Below, one piece after another: positions 31,649 to 42,934 of a DNA stretch of 64,000 nt. The stretch comes from Candidatus Krumholzibacteriia bacterium (GTDB lineage Bacteria > Krumholzibacteriota > Krumholzibacteriia > Krumholzibacteriales > Krumholzibacteriaceae). The notes below the pieces were generated by a model. The model had not been told where the DNA came from, made no database searches, and was given only the letters and a program-made list of their open reading frames with translations. Both the position numbers and the translations under genes were made by a program. Within the stretch, counting starts at the first letter, position 1. The number at the start of each line of letters is the position of its first letter. The stretch covers positions 768,001 through 832,000 of the forward strand of contig CAWIIQ010000001.1 in the NCBI GenBank assembly GCA_963836185.1, given 5' to 3'.

Positions 31649-32950
31649 ATGAGCGACCAGAAGGTCCTTAACCGCTGGATAGTGGTGGCGGGCGCCATCC
31701 TCATTCAGCTCTGTCTCGGCGCGATCTACGCGTGGAGCGTATTTACGAAGCTTCTGACGATCGAAGGCGGAGACTACGGCTTCAGCGCGAAGCAGGCCGC
31801 GTGGGTATTCTCGGCCGGCCTGGCGACATTCGCCGTATTCACCGTAATCGGCGGAAGGCTGCAGAAGAAGCACGGGCCGAGACTCGTGGCGATGGCCGGC
31901 GGACTGATCCTCGGTCTCGGCTACATCCTCGGCGGTTTCCTCGGCAGTTCTTTCATGACACAGCTCATCTTCATCGGAATCGTCGGCGGAGCCGGTATCG
32001 GTCTCGCCTACGTCGTGCCTATCGCTGTCGGCGTGAAATGGTTCCCCGACAAGAAGGGTATGATCTCCGGTCTCGCAGTGGCGGGATTCGGATTCGGCGC
32101 GACCCTCTGGGTCAAGATGGCCGGCAGCTGGTTCGGCGGTCTCCTCAACACGACGACCCTCTTCGGGCTTCCCGGAGTCCAGACGGTCTTCTTTATCTAC
32201 GGCCTCGCGTTCGCCATCCTCGTGCTGCTCGGCAGCACCGTGATGGTCAATCCGCCCGAGGGCTGGAAGCCGAAGGGATGGAACCCTCCCGCGGATGCCG
32301 GCGCGGCGGCGACCGGCGCCGTCAACCTGACGAGCGGCGAGATGCTCCGCACCCCGCAGTATTTCATGCTCTGGCTGATGTTCATCGGTTCGGCGATGGC
32401 CGGGCTGATGGTGATCTACTGCATCAGGCTCTTCGGCATCGACGCGCTGCAGACCAGCGGCGCGGCGGTGGATATGAGGACTGCCGGGATTATGGCCGGA
32501 ACGGCGATGGCCTGGTACGCGATCCTCAACGGCCTCGGCCGTATCGTCTGGGGCACCGTATCCGACAAGATCGGCCGCAAGTGGGCCCTGATCATGATGT
32601 GCGTCTTCCAGGGCGTCATCATGCTTCTCTTCTTCATGATGGGAAAATCGGAATACGGCCTCATTATCGGCGCCTGCATCATAGGCTTCAACTTCGGCGG
32701 AAACTTCGCCCTCTTCCCGGCGGCGACGGCCGACTACTTCGGCAACAAGAACGTCGGCACGAACTACGGCTGGGTATTCACCGCCTACGGAGTCGCCGGT
32801 ATCGCCGGTCCCCAGGTGGCTGGTTACTTCAAGGACGCTGCCCAGGGCGGCGACGTCAGCGCCTGGTGGACTCCGTTCGTGATCGCGGCGATCTCATGCT
32901 TCGCCGCGGCGGTGATCGGCTTCATGCTGAAGCCTGTCAAGAAGGCGTAG
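31649..32950 (+). CDS. MFS transporter, oxalate:formate antiporter (OFA) family
   Basis: GAIYAWSVF, KWFPDKKG.ISGLAVAGFGFG, NGLGR..WG..SDKIGR. Confidence 0.92.
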   Translation: MSDQKVLNRWIVVAGAILIQLCLGAIYAWSVFTKLLTIEGGDYGFSAKQAAWVFSAGLATFAVFTVIGGRLQKKHGPRLVAMAGGLILGLGYILGGFLGSSFMTQLIFIGIVGGAGIGLAYVVPIAVGVKWFPDKKGMISGLAVAGFGFGATLWVKMAGSWFGGLLNTTTLFGLPGVQTVFFIYGLAFAILVLLGSTVMVNPPEGWKPKGWNPPADAGAAATGAVNLTSGEMLRTPQYFMLWLMFIGSAMAGLMVIYCIRLFGIDALQTSGAAVDMRTAGIMAGTAMAWYAILNGLGRIVWGTVSDKIGRKWALIMMCVFQGVIMLLFFMMGKSEYGLIIGACIIGFNFGGNFALFPAATADYFGNKNVGTNYGWVFTAYGVAGIAGPQVAGYFKDAAQGGDVSAWWTPFVIAAISCFAAAVIGFMLKPVKKA

Positions 32951-32978
32951 AGGCCCGGGCAAGCGATAGATCATTCAC

Positions 32979-33009
32979 AACGGGGGGCTTTTACGGCCCC
33001 CCGTTTTTT
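32979..33009 (+). terminator. Intrinsic terminator
   Basis: AACGGGGGGC-loop-GCCCCCCGTT plus T-tract. Confidence 0.85.
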
Positions 33010-33023
33010 GCTATCTTGAGGAC

Positions 33024-33656
33024 ATGAACAGACCATACCTCATAGGAATATCAGGCGGCTCCTGCTCGGGCAAGACGAGCCTGGCCCTCGGTTTGGCCCG
33101 GTGTCTCGACGACCTTCAGCCCATCGTCGTGCCACTCGACTCGTACTACTTCGATCTGGAGCATATCCCCGAGGAAGAGAGGGCGAGGTACAACTTCGAC
33201 CATCCCGGGGCGATAGATTTCGATATGTTCGAGAACCATCTCGTCAGGCTTCTCGACGGGAAGGAAGCCCTCATACCGGTATACGACTACGAGAGTCACA
33301 CGCGCGCGCCGAAAGGCGAATGGATCCCGGTCAGTCCTGTGGAGGTGAGCGAGCGCGTAATGATCATCGAGGGGTTGCATGTCTTATACAGCACCGCTGT
33401 CCGCGAGCTTCTCGACCTGAAGATATTCGTCGATATCGGCAAGGCGGTCAGCCTCAACAGGCGTGTCGAGCGTGACGTCCGCGAGAGGGGGAGGACCCCG
33501 GAGTCTGTCGTCCAGCAGTTCCAGCGGCATGTCGTCCCGATGTACGAGGAGTACGTCGAGCCGACCAAGGAGTTCGCCGATCTCGTCGTCGACGGCGAGC
33601 GCCCGCTCGAGGATTCTCTAGGCGCCGTGCTTGCCCGTGTCTATCCCCAGGCCTGA
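33024..33656 (+). CDS. udk: Uridine kinase
   Basis: GISGGSCSGKT, DSYY, NFDHP.AID, RR..RD..ERGR, EPTK..AD. Confidence 0.9.
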   Translation: MNRPYLIGISGGSCSGKTSLALGLARCLDDLQPIVVPLDSYYFDLEHIPEEERARYNFDHPGAIDFDMFENHLVRLLDGKEALIPVYDYESHTRAPKGEWIPVSPVEVSERVMIIEGLHVLYSTAVRELLDLKIFVDIGKAVSLNRRVERDVRERGRTPESVVQQFQRHVVPMYEEYVEPTKEFADLVVDGERPLEDSLGAVLARVYPQA

Positions 33657-33763
33657 TCTCCCACCATTCAACACACCTATAAATCGTTTGTGGCGGCGGC
33701 GGCCGATTATTATTAATTCAGTGAACGTCGTAACCATGGTTTTGCTTTTTCAGGGTAACGGAA

Positions 33764-34507
33764 ATGCAGGCTGTATTACTTGATCCGGGTACGGCAGAGA
33801 CATCGAAGGGGCGGGGGAGCAGATCGCCTGGCGCTCTGGTCGATGTAGGCGGCCGTCCGCTTATAGAGCATCAGCTCGACTTTCTCTTCGGGGGAGGCGT
33901 CAAGTCGGCCTGTGTCTGTACGGGGCAGGATGGCTACGGCGCGTTCAGGGACTGGCTGCGAGGCTGCGACTACACGGGCAGAGTGGAGCTCGTCACGAAC
34001 AACAACCACAACGGCGGTGGGACCGGCCCGCTTCGCGACCTCTGCGCGATCCTCGAACGAGGCAATTTCATCGACGGAGTCGTCGTGACGGCGGGGAACA
34101 GGTATTTCGATTTCCCTTTTTCAGGATTTGTCGAGTTCTGCGGCGTACACGACGGTGACGCTGTCGTCATCATGGATGTAAAAAACGGCGGCAAGGCTGT
34201 CCGCTGCGGGATGGCTGCTGTTACTGCTAACGACCGTGTCATCAGCTTCGAAGTCGATCCGACCGGGAAAAAGGGCACCCCTCTCGTCGCTCTCCCGCTT
34301 CTCCACCTCAGCGCCGAGACTATACCCTACCTTGGCAGGTACCTCGCCGAGGATAACGACGCCGGCTGCATAGGCTCGTTCCTCGAGTGGTCATACAGGT
34401 TCAGGCCCCTGTTCGCCTACAAGGCGGAGGGGAAGCACTTTCGCGTGACCAACGCCGCCTCGGCGAAGAAGATCGCCTCTTACTTTGAAAAATCCGGCCG
34501 CATCTGA
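33764..34507 (+). CDS. Divergent sugar-nucleotidyltransferase-fold protein
   Basis: [19 protein letters not shown] and overall NTP_transferase layout, with the catalytic GxGTR loop degenerate. Confidence 0.6.
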   Translation: MQAVLLDPGTAETSKGRGSRSPGALVDVGGRPLIEHQLDFLFGGGVKSACVCTGQDGYGAFRDWLRGCDYTGRVELVTNNNHNGGGTGPLRDLCAILERGNFIDGVVVTAGNRYFDFPFSGFVEFCGVHDGDAVVIMDVKNGGKAVRCGMAAVTANDRVISFEVDPTGKKGTPLVALPLLHLSAETIPYLGRYLAEDNDAGCIGSFLEWSYRFRPLFAYKAEGKHFRVTNAASAKKIASYFEKSGRI

Positions 34508-34562
34508 TACTATCTTCCCGGACATTCATGATCATGATCATCTCATATCGAGGGAGCCCGAG

Positions 34563-35124
34563 ATGGAAGAGCACGTACGCGAGATAATCAAGGCGCTTGG
34601 CGAGGACCCTGACCGCGAAGGGTTGGCAGACACACCTCGGAGGATGAAGGAATCGCTCGAGTTCCTCACGAGCGGTTACAAGGAAGATATCGACAAGGTG
34701 ATGAAGGGTTTCATCCTCGATGAAGAGTACGACGAGATGGTGATCTGCAGGGACATCTCCCTCTACAGCCTTTGCGAGCACCACATGCTCCCCTTTTACG
34801 GCAAGTGCCACGTCGCCTATATCCCCAACGGAAAGATCATCGGGCTTTCGAAGATCCCCCGTGTCGTCGATATGTTCGCACGCAGGCTGCAGGTCCAGGA
34901 GCGCCTCACAAACCAGATCGCAGTCACACTGATGGAGCATCTCGAACCGCTCGGCGTCGCTGTGATAATAGAGGCGGTACACCTCTGCATGGCGATGCGC
35001 GGGGTCCAGAAACGCGACTCGCTGATCATCACCAGCTCGATGCAGGGCGCCTTCCGCAAGGATCCCGAAGACGAGGATGGAGTTCCTCGACCTGATCCGC
35101 GGCGGCGACCGCCACAAGTGGTAA
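34563..35124 (+). CDS. folE: GTP cyclohydrolase I, frameshift near 35065
   Basis: [41 protein letters not shown]; shifted frame ends [10 protein letters not shown]. Confidence 0.95.
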
Positions 35125-35131
35125 ACACCGG

Positions 35132-35710
35132 ATGAATGAAAAAGAACTTGTCCTGGCCGCAAAAAGCGGGGACCGGGACGCCTTCAATGAACTGATATCA
35201 AACTACACCGACCGGATATACCGGCTCGCATGGAAGCTCTCCGGCAACGAGGAAGACGCGTCGGATATCTTCCAGGAGACCTTCCTCAAGGCCGTCGACA
35301 ATATCGACAGCTTCCGTCTCGAGTCGTCGTTCGGCACGTGGCTCTATACGATCGCGATGAACGTGATGCGTACCTGTTTTGCGAAGCGCAGGAAGATGCA
35401 GCTCAAGCCGATCGATGAATACATGCCGGATCATACCAACGGAACGAACTCGAATCTGCTAGACTGGGGCGATCCGCATGATCTCTTCGAGAACGCTCAG
35501 CTGCGGGAGATGATCGACGCGTTTCTCCTGGAGATGCCGGCCGAGAACAGCACCCCTTTTATCCTCAGGTATCTCGAGGAGATGCCGGTTAAGGAGATCG
35601 CCGAGGTGATGGACCTCTCCGTGCCCGCGGTCAAATCGAGGATACTCAGGGCGAGGCTCGCGCTGCGCGAACACCTCACCGAAAAATTCAGGGAGAAGAA
35701 AGATGGATAA
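35132..35710 (+). CDS. ECF sigma factor
   Basis: GD..AF..L, DA.D..QE.FL, F.TWLY.IA.N, EIA..M......VKSR..RAR. Confidence 0.95.
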   Translation: MNEKELVLAAKSGDRDAFNELISNYTDRIYRLAWKLSGNEEDASDIFQETFLKAVDNIDSFRLESSFGTWLYTIAMNVMRTCFAKRRKMQLKPIDEYMPDHTNGTNSNLLDWGDPHDLFENAQLREMIDAFLLEMPAENSTPFILRYLEEMPVKEIAEVMDLSVPAVKSRILRARLALREHLTEKFREKKDG

Positions 35711-35957
35711 CTGCAGGGAATATCTCGAGAACCTCTGTGCCTACGTAGACGGCGAGGCGGAAGACTCGGTCTGTGAGGAGATAGAGAAGCACCTCAAGGA
35801 GTGCCCCGACTGCGTGATCATGGTCGATACCCTTCGAAAGACGGTAAAACTCTGCCGCGAGGGGCAGGAGGAGCCTCTGCCCGGGGAACTGAAGGCCAGG
35901 ATGCAGGTCATAATCGACAAGAAATGGAAGGAGAAGTTCGGCAAGGACAAGGGATAA
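35703..35957 (+). CDS. Zinc-finger (zf-HC2) anti-sigma factor, soluble
   Basis: C..L.AYVDGE...HLKECPDC (HxxxCxxC); overlaps sigma stop. Confidence 0.9.
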   Translation: MDNCREYLENLCAYVDGEAEDSVCEEIEKHLKECPDCVIMVDTLRKTVKLCREGQEEPLPGELKARMQVIIDKKWKEKFGKDKG

Positions 35958-36087
35958 GACAGACCAACCCGCTGATATCATTCGTTTTACCGACTTTTTT
36001 CGATAAATCTCAAAAAATGTGAATCGTTTCCGCTCCTTTCCTATCAAAAGGGTTACATATGTTTCACTTCTGAAAAGGAAAGGTGCG

Positions 36088-38423
36088 ATGAGACGTTTTA
36101 TAGAGGATTTTTCGATCAATCACCCGTGGGTGGTAATCATTGCTGTAGTAGTGATCACCGCCTTCTTCGCTGTTCAGCTCCCCAATATCAAGATCGATAC
36201 AGATCCGGAGAACATGCTCCAGGCGGACGAGCCGGCGAGGCTCTTCGACCACGAGGTCAAGGAGGAGTTCGCGATCTCCGACTTTATAGCGGTCGGTGTG
36301 GTCGTTGAGGAGGGGGCTTTCAGCAGCGCTCTCCTGACCAATATCCACGCTATCGTCGAGGAGGTCTCGGAGATAGAAGGGGTAGTCGCCGATGACATAC
36401 TCTCTCCCTCGACAGTCGATGACATCAGCCAGGACAGCGACGGCGTCCTTACCGTCTCGACCCTGATGGAGGACCCTCCGGCGGATGACGCCGAGGCGCA
36501 GAAGATCCTCGAGAGGATAAGGAGCAACCCTGTCTTCAGGGGAAAGCTCGCTTCAGACGACGGCAAGGCGATAGCCCTCTTTATTCCCATAGAATCCAAG
36601 AACATGTCTCACCGGATCGCCGGCGAGATAGAGGAGATCATCTCGAAGCACTCGTCGGGCGAGCAGTATTTCATCGCCGGGCTCCCTGTGGCCGAGGACA
36701 GCTTCGGAGCGGAGATGTTCAGGCAGATGGCGATCAGTGCCCCGATGGCCGGGCTGATAATCTTCCTTCTCCTTCTTCTCTTCTTCAGGAACTGGAAGAT
36801 CGTCATCGCGCCGATGATCGTCGCGATCGCCTCCGTGATCTGGACGATGGGGCTTCTCATATTGACCGGGAACACCGTCCACATCATGAGCTCGATGATC
36901 CCGATATTCCTCATTCCGATAGCGGTCCTGAGCTCGATACATATCATCTCGGAGTTCCACGACGAGTTCCAGAGGTACAAGCACAAGAAGACTACGATAA
37001 GAAATACGATCCTCAAGCTCTTCACGCCGATCCTGTTCACCACGCTGACGACAGTAGTCGGGTTCGCGTCGCTAGCGATGACGCCGATCCCGCCCGTAAG
37101 GGTCTTCGGGATATTCGTCGCCTTCGGGATCATGGTGGCGTGGCTTCTGTCGATAACATTCAATCCCGCCTTCGCCGTACTCATCCCGAGCAAGTCGCTG
37201 AGGAACTTCGGGAAGAGCGATGACGCACACGGCCCCTTTCAAAGGCTCTTCACGCCATCAGGGGATTCAACAGGAAGCACTACAAGGCCGTCCTGGCCGG
37301 TTCGCTCGTCGTCATGATCGTCGCGGGCATCGGGCTGAAGATGATCATCGTCAACGACAACCCGGTAAAGTGGTTCAAGAGCAACCATCCTCTCAGGGTA
37401 GCAGACGTCACGCTCAACCGGCACCTCGCCGGCACATATATGAATTATCTCGTCCTCGACGGTGGTGAAGAGGACGCTATGAAGGATCCCGAGACGCTCA
37501 AGTATATCGAACGCCTCCAGAGACATCTCGAAGAGAGCCCGTTTGTAGGAGCCGCCACCGGGCTGCCTGACATCGTGAAGAAGGTTCGCTTCGAGCTCTT
37601 CGACAGCGATCCGGCGAAGTTCGCCATACCGGATAACCAGAGAGAGGTCGCGGAGGGTCTCTTCCTCTTCGAGATCTCAGGCGGCGACCCGGGCGATCTT
37701 TTCAAGTTCGTCTCGGAGGACTACTCGAAGGTAAACCTCTGGGTGCAGCTCAACGAGGGAGATAACCGCTCGGTGATGTCGGTCGTTCAGTCGGCCGAGG
37801 ATTTCATCAGCGAGAACCCGCCCCCGACAAAGATGAAGGCTCAGTGGGCGGGGCTTTCCTACATCAATATCGTATGGCAGGAGAAGATGGTCTCCGGGCT
37901 GCGGGCGGCGCTTCTCAGCTCGTTCGCCGTAGTCTTCGTGATGATGGTCTTCCTCTTCCGCTCACCGCTGCTCGGCCTGATCTCGATGCTGCCCCTGAGC
38001 ATCACGATTATGGCGATCTACGGGGCGATCGGCTACATAGGAAAGCCTTACGACATGCCGATAGCCGTTCTTTCGTCATTGACGCTCGGCCTGTCGATCG
38101 ATTTCGCGATCCACTTTATCAAGAGGACGCGGAGCATCCACAAGGAGACGGGGGATTTCGAGAAGACATACAACGAGATGTTCGAGGGGCTAGGCAGGGC
38201 GATCAGCAGGAACGTACTCGTCATCGCCATCGGGTTCGTCCCGATGTTCTTCTCCTCGCTCGTTCCATACATCACGGTAGGTTCGTTCTTCTTCGCGATA
38301 ATGCTGGTCTCTGGAGCCGTGACGATGCTGCTCCTGCCGTCGATCTTCATCGTTCTTAGAAAGAAACTGTTCCCTCAGGCCGCCGTGGAGACAGAAGAGA
38401 CAACAGTCAGGAAAGCAAGTTAG
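36088..38423 (+). CDS. MMPL/RND family transporter, frameshift near 37255
   Basis: IDTDPENML, two TM bundles, TT.VGF.SL, GLSIDFAIH. Confidence 0.9.
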
Positions 38424-38451
38424 TCAACCGTTAACCGCAGGAGGAAATGTC

Positions 38452-39255
38452 ATGAAGACAATGACTATCATAACAGCCGCAGCGATCATGCTCATGTCGA
38501 TGCCGGCGCTCGCAGGGAACAGCGTTCCCGACCCGGAGTCCCTTATGAAAGAGGCCCACATGGCGATGTTCTACGCCTCTGACGATGGTATCTCCGAAGT
38601 GGAGATGAAGATCGTCAACTCGAAGGGCAAGGAGAGGGTCAGGCAGTTCGCGATGCTCAGGCTCGACGTCGAGGAGGGCGGCAAGCAGATGTACTACACA
38701 TACTTCCGTCAGCCTCACGATGTCTCCAGGCTTACATTCATGGTCCACAAGCTGCCCGACGCTAACGACAGCAGATGGCTCTACGTTCCGTCGATCGATC
38801 TGGTCAAGCGGATCTCGTCCGACGACAAGGCATCGAGCTTCGTCGGGTCCGATTTCACATACGAGGATGTCTCGGGAAGGCACTGGAGCGAGGACAACCA
38901 CACATTCGTCCGCGAGGATGAGTTGGACGGGCGCGGCGTATATGTCATCGAGTCGACTCCGAAGGAGAAGTACAAGGGGTTCACCCGCAAGATCACGATG
39001 ATCGATCGCGAGAATCATCTTGTCCTGCGCGAGGAGTACTACACGAAGGGCGATACGCCGGAGCGTGTATTCACCGCCGAGAAGGTCGAGATGATAGACG
39101 GCATAGCCACTTCGACCTTCCGCAAGATGGAAAACCTCAAGAAGAACCAGTACACGACAGTCGAGTTTTCTGACATCAGGTACGGGGTCGGTATGGACGA
39201 ATCGCTGTTCACCGAGCGCTACCTGAAGAACCCGCCGCGTGAGTACATCCAGTAG
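38452..39255 (+). CDS. LolA-like outer membrane lipoprotein-sorting protein
   Basis: Signal peptide; WLYVP....VKRI, SFVGSDFTYED, F.ERYL. Confidence 0.9.
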   Translation: MKTMTIITAAAIMLMSMPALAGNSVPDPESLMKEAHMAMFYASDDGISEVEMKIVNSKGKERVRQFAMLRLDVEEGGKQMYYTYFRQPHDVSRLTFMVHKLPDANDSRWLYVPSIDLVKRISSDDKASSFVGSDFTYEDVSGRHWSEDNHTFVREDELDGRGVYVIESTPKEKYKGFTRKITMIDRENHLVLREEYYTKGDTPERVFTAEKVEMIDGIATSTFRKMENLKKNQYTTVEFSDIRYGVGMDESLFTERYLKNPPREYIQ

Positions 39256-39273
39256 ACGGGGAGGAAGAGGATC

Positions 39274-40527
39274 ATGATGCGATACAGAGGATTACTTGCC
39301 GGGATGCTGCTCGCTGCAGTGATTTCGATACCCGCCTCGGCGGACACTGATATCGGCGGATTCGTACAGGGCCTTTACGGATACGGGACCGACAGCAGGA
39401 ATCCGGTGCCGTCAGAGCTGACCGCGTCGGAAGTGAGGCTCCAGCTGAGGCTCGAGTCGTTCTCGGACAACGCCGAGTATTTCGGCCGGCTCGATTTCGT
39501 ATACGACGATTATCTCGATCCCTCGATCAGCGCAGAGCTGAGGGAAGGGTACATGAAGTTCGGAGTAGGCGGATGGCTCGACATGAAGATCGGACGGCAG
39601 ATCATCACCTGGGGAACCGGTGACCTGATCTTCATCAACGACCTCTTCCCCAAGGACTGGGTCTCTTTCTTTGCCGGCCGCGATGACCAGTACCTAAAAG
39701 CGCCGCAGAACTCGCTGCGTTTTACGATGTACGGCGGAGCGACCACGTTCGATCTGGTATATACGCCTAGGTTCACGGCGGACGTCATCCCCTCGGGGAT
39801 GAGGCTGAGTTACTACAACCCGATGGCAGGCGGGATCGTCGGGGGCGAGGAAAACCTTTTCGAGGGCAGGATGCCCGAGGCGAAGATAGAGAACGGCGAG
39901 ATCTCGGCCAAACTGTCGCGTTACTTCGGCAACCTCGACGGGGCGCTCTATTCATATAGAGGCTTTTACAAGACCCCGGTCGGGATGGACATGGCCGCAA
40001 TGGAGGCGTACTACCCCGAGCTGATGGTCTATGGAGCCTCGGTCAGGTCACCACTTCTCGGCGGCATATTCTGGCTCGAGACCGGTTATTACGATTCGCG
40101 GGAAGACTCAGATGGAAACGATCCGCTCGTACCGAACAGCTCGCTCGAGAGCATGGCGGGTTTCGAGAGGCAGATCTCTTCGTCGGTGACGGCGAATCTT
40201 CAGTACTACAACAGTTACATGATAGATCACGACAGCTTTGCGGCAACACTTCCCGAAGGTTCGCATGTCACCGACGAGTTTTACCATCTTCTTACATCGA
40301 GGGTCACGATGCGGTTCATGATGGAGAACCTCAACGTGTCCCTGTTCGCCTTCTATTCGCCATCCGAGGATGACGCCTATGGAAGAGCCGCGGTGACGTA
40401 CAGGTATACCGATGCCGTATCGATGGTGCTCGGGACAAACCTCTTCTACGGCGAGAATGAATACACGACATTCGGCGGATTTCAGCACGACGACAACGTC
40501 TACCTGAAGTTCACCTACGGGATATAG
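39274..40527 (+). CDS. DUF1302-like outer membrane beta-barrel
   Basis: LREGY, IGRQIITWGTGD, DNVYLKFTY C-terminus. Confidence 0.75.
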   Translation: MMRYRGLLAGMLLAAVISIPASADTDIGGFVQGLYGYGTDSRNPVPSELTASEVRLQLRLESFSDNAEYFGRLDFVYDDYLDPSISAELREGYMKFGVGGWLDMKIGRQIITWGTGDLIFINDLFPKDWVSFFAGRDDQYLKAPQNSLRFTMYGGATTFDLVYTPRFTADVIPSGMRLSYYNPMAGGIVGGEENLFEGRMPEAKIENGEISAKLSRYFGNLDGALYSYRGFYKTPVGMDMAAMEAYYPELMVYGASVRSPLLGGIFWLETGYYDSREDSDGNDPLVPNSSLESMAGFERQISSSVTANLQYYNSYMIDHDSFAATLPEGSHVTDEFYHLLTSRVTMRFMMENLNVSLFAFYSPSEDDAYGRAAVTYRYTDAVSMVLGTNLFYGENEYTTFGGFQHDDNVYLKFTYGI

Positions 40528-40539
40528 GAGGAAACAGAG

Positions 40540-40725
40540 ATGAAACTCGAATACATGATCAGGATACTGGCCGGCACGATGGTGCTCGCGTCACTCGTCC
40601 TGAGCCAGCTCGTATCGAACTGGTGGCTGCTGCTCGGCGCCTTCGTCGGCATCAACCTGATACAGTCTTCTTTCACCCGGTTCTGCCCGGCCGAGAAGAT
40701 CCTCTCAAGGATAACGGGCAGATAG
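40540..40725 (+). CDS. DUF2892 (YgaP-like) small membrane protein
   Basis: R..AG, FVG.NL.QS.FT.FCP motif. Confidence 0.9.
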   Translation: MKLEYMIRILAGTMVLASLVLSQLVSNWWLLLGAFVGINLIQSSFTRFCPAEKILSRITGR

Positions 40726-40730
40726 TCCTG

Positions 40731-40763
40731 AAAGGGGCGGCCCTTCACGGGGACGCCCCTTTT
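40731..40763. terminator. Bidirectional intrinsic terminator
   Basis: AAAGGGGCG...CGCCCCTTTT between convergent genes. Confidence 0.8.
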
Positions 40764-40809
40764 GTCATGATCTTTATGGCGGCGCGGGCCAGAGTCTGTG
40801 CCGTTTCCC

Positions 40810-42826
40810 TTAATGGCTCGCCTCGACCGTTACCATCAGCGTCGCATCTTTGTTCGATACCTCCGATGTCTCAGAGAAGGTCCAGGTGAACGGCTCGAAG
40901 GTCCCTGACGGCCCTATCTCGTAGTAATCGGGTACGCCCGGGTATCCCGGCCATTCGACCCGGCTTCTGAGGTCTGTCCAGAAGTCGACGCAGTCCTCCC
41001 CGTCCATACAGTATTGTATATCCACGTCGTCGGTTATCGGTGTGGTCATAAGGTTCAGGCCCAGAAGGACCGGGATGCGCACGCCGTCTCCGCGGTCGAC
41101 ATGGTCGAGTGTGGGCCTGATAAGGCAGCCTGATACCTCGGAGCCGCCTATGATAGTCGATGTTCCGCATTCGCCGTTGGTGCATCCCGCTGAATTGTAG
41201 GTGCGCGTTATGACCCCGGTGCAGGTAGTTTCGCAGTTACCGAATCGTGTTCGCGTAGTTCGTCCCGGCCCCTGTTATCGTGCACGTAGTGGTTCCGAAG
41301 TTCTCCGCGTCTACATCCTTGACAGCTGTGTATGTATAATTGACCGTTGTCGTAACAGTGAAGTTGCGGAATGTCACGACGACCGGTTCCGCATCGATAG
41401 TCTCGCCCGCTTCAGAGTTGTAGACGGACGAATTGATCGTCTTCTGGATCATCTCGGCACAGTAGAACCGCTCCCCGTACCCGAGGTCGAGAGAGGTGAA
41501 GGAGACCTTGTGTTCGCCGTTCTCGTCGCTGTCCCCGCCCTCGAGGTTTATCCCGTTGGCGTCCCAGCCGCAGTCGAGGAAGGCCCCCTCGACCGGCTGT
41601 CCCGAACTTGTCGTGAGCCTCAGGGTCACGGTTGCGACGCACATATCCTCGTCGCCCTCGTTGATGACGGCGCGCAGTATCTCGGTCCTGTCGACCGATA
41701 TCGTCAGCCGCCACGAGGCGCAGCAGTCATCGATCCATGTATTGACGCTGGCGAGGAAGCCAGCGTCCGTGATATACCCTGTCTGGCCCAGTCCCTTGAT
41801 GAAATAGAGGAGATACTGGCCTTCTGAGCATTCCCCCGACGAGCAGAGCGACCGTGCCTCGGCTGCGAGCGTCTGCGCCATCGCGAGTATCCTGCCGAGG
41901 ATGTCGTCCCTGAACGACTGGACATCGTAGGAGAGCTCATCCATGCCGGAGAAATATTGCACCCTGTCGAGCTCTTCGGTGAGATCCTCGATCTCGCCCG
42001 GCGAAGTGGGAGAGGACGGGTAAAGAGCCAGAAGTGCCGAGCGATGAATATTGAGCGCATTCGACGCTGCCGGCATGACGAGGGTATTCAGCCCCTCGCA
42101 GAGCTCATGGCACCCGGCGATCCCGGCCGGGTCGCAGGCCTTGTTGAACGAGATCACGTTGACGAGGTTGTAGAGGTTGTAGAAGAACCCTGCCGTGCCG
42201 GCCGTTCCTTCGGCGTTCGCTTTCATGGCAAGATAAAGATCGATAAGTCGCCCGCAGTCGGCGGCGGCCGTCCCGTACCCGGTGAAGTGCCAGAGTTTCG
42301 CAGTCAGGGTCTTTGTGGCGAAATCGATCTCCGATTCACACGTCCCGATCTCGCTGTGCGGTGAATCGAACATGAATACGGCTGCCGTGCTGTCGAAGGG
42401 AAACTCTTCGCCGAGAGGAAATGAGATTTCGAGTGTCACAAGTGTATCGAACTCGATCCCTTCGGGCTCGAATATGGCGCCCCTTACGCAGCAGTCGATC
42501 TCGGGGCAGGATGACGCGCAGGTGAATGTCCCCGGCCCCGTCACGGTCAGGTCAGAGACGGGGGTTATGGTGACCAGCGTGTCAGACTCGAGCGCACCGG
42601 CAGGTATCCTCAGCGTGTACACCACTCCGTCAGGACCGACGGCGACGACATTTCCGCCGGGCTCGCCGACTACCGCGCTGACGGCCATGTCGTTCTCGGC
42701 CGTGTAGCTGACCTCGAACTGTTCAGGTTCATTACCACCGTCTCCATCATCGACCGGGCCCGAGGAATCGCCCGAGCACGAGGCCATCACCATCATGCAG
42801 ATGAGGACGCTGAATATTCTTTTCAA
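40810..42826 (-). CDS. Large Cys-rich hypothetical lipoprotein with ZU5-like domain, frameshifted near 3' end
   Basis: Lipobox MASC; GG......L.IPAGAL, FEP.G..F, HFT.Y pattern. Confidence 0.65.
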
Positions 42827-42934
42827 TCCGACACCCCTTTCAGATCTCGATGACGTCACTCCCGGCGCCGGGAGTGATATTATGTTAACCGGTCCCGTTG
42901 CCGGGAGCGGGCTATACCCCCTTTTAGCGAGGTA

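Noticed and set aside
34485-34562. HDHDH-containing N-terminal extension of FolE (CATGAT repeats)
   Set aside because: A good RBS precedes ATG 34563; the upstream TTG start overlaps the previous gene and has little support
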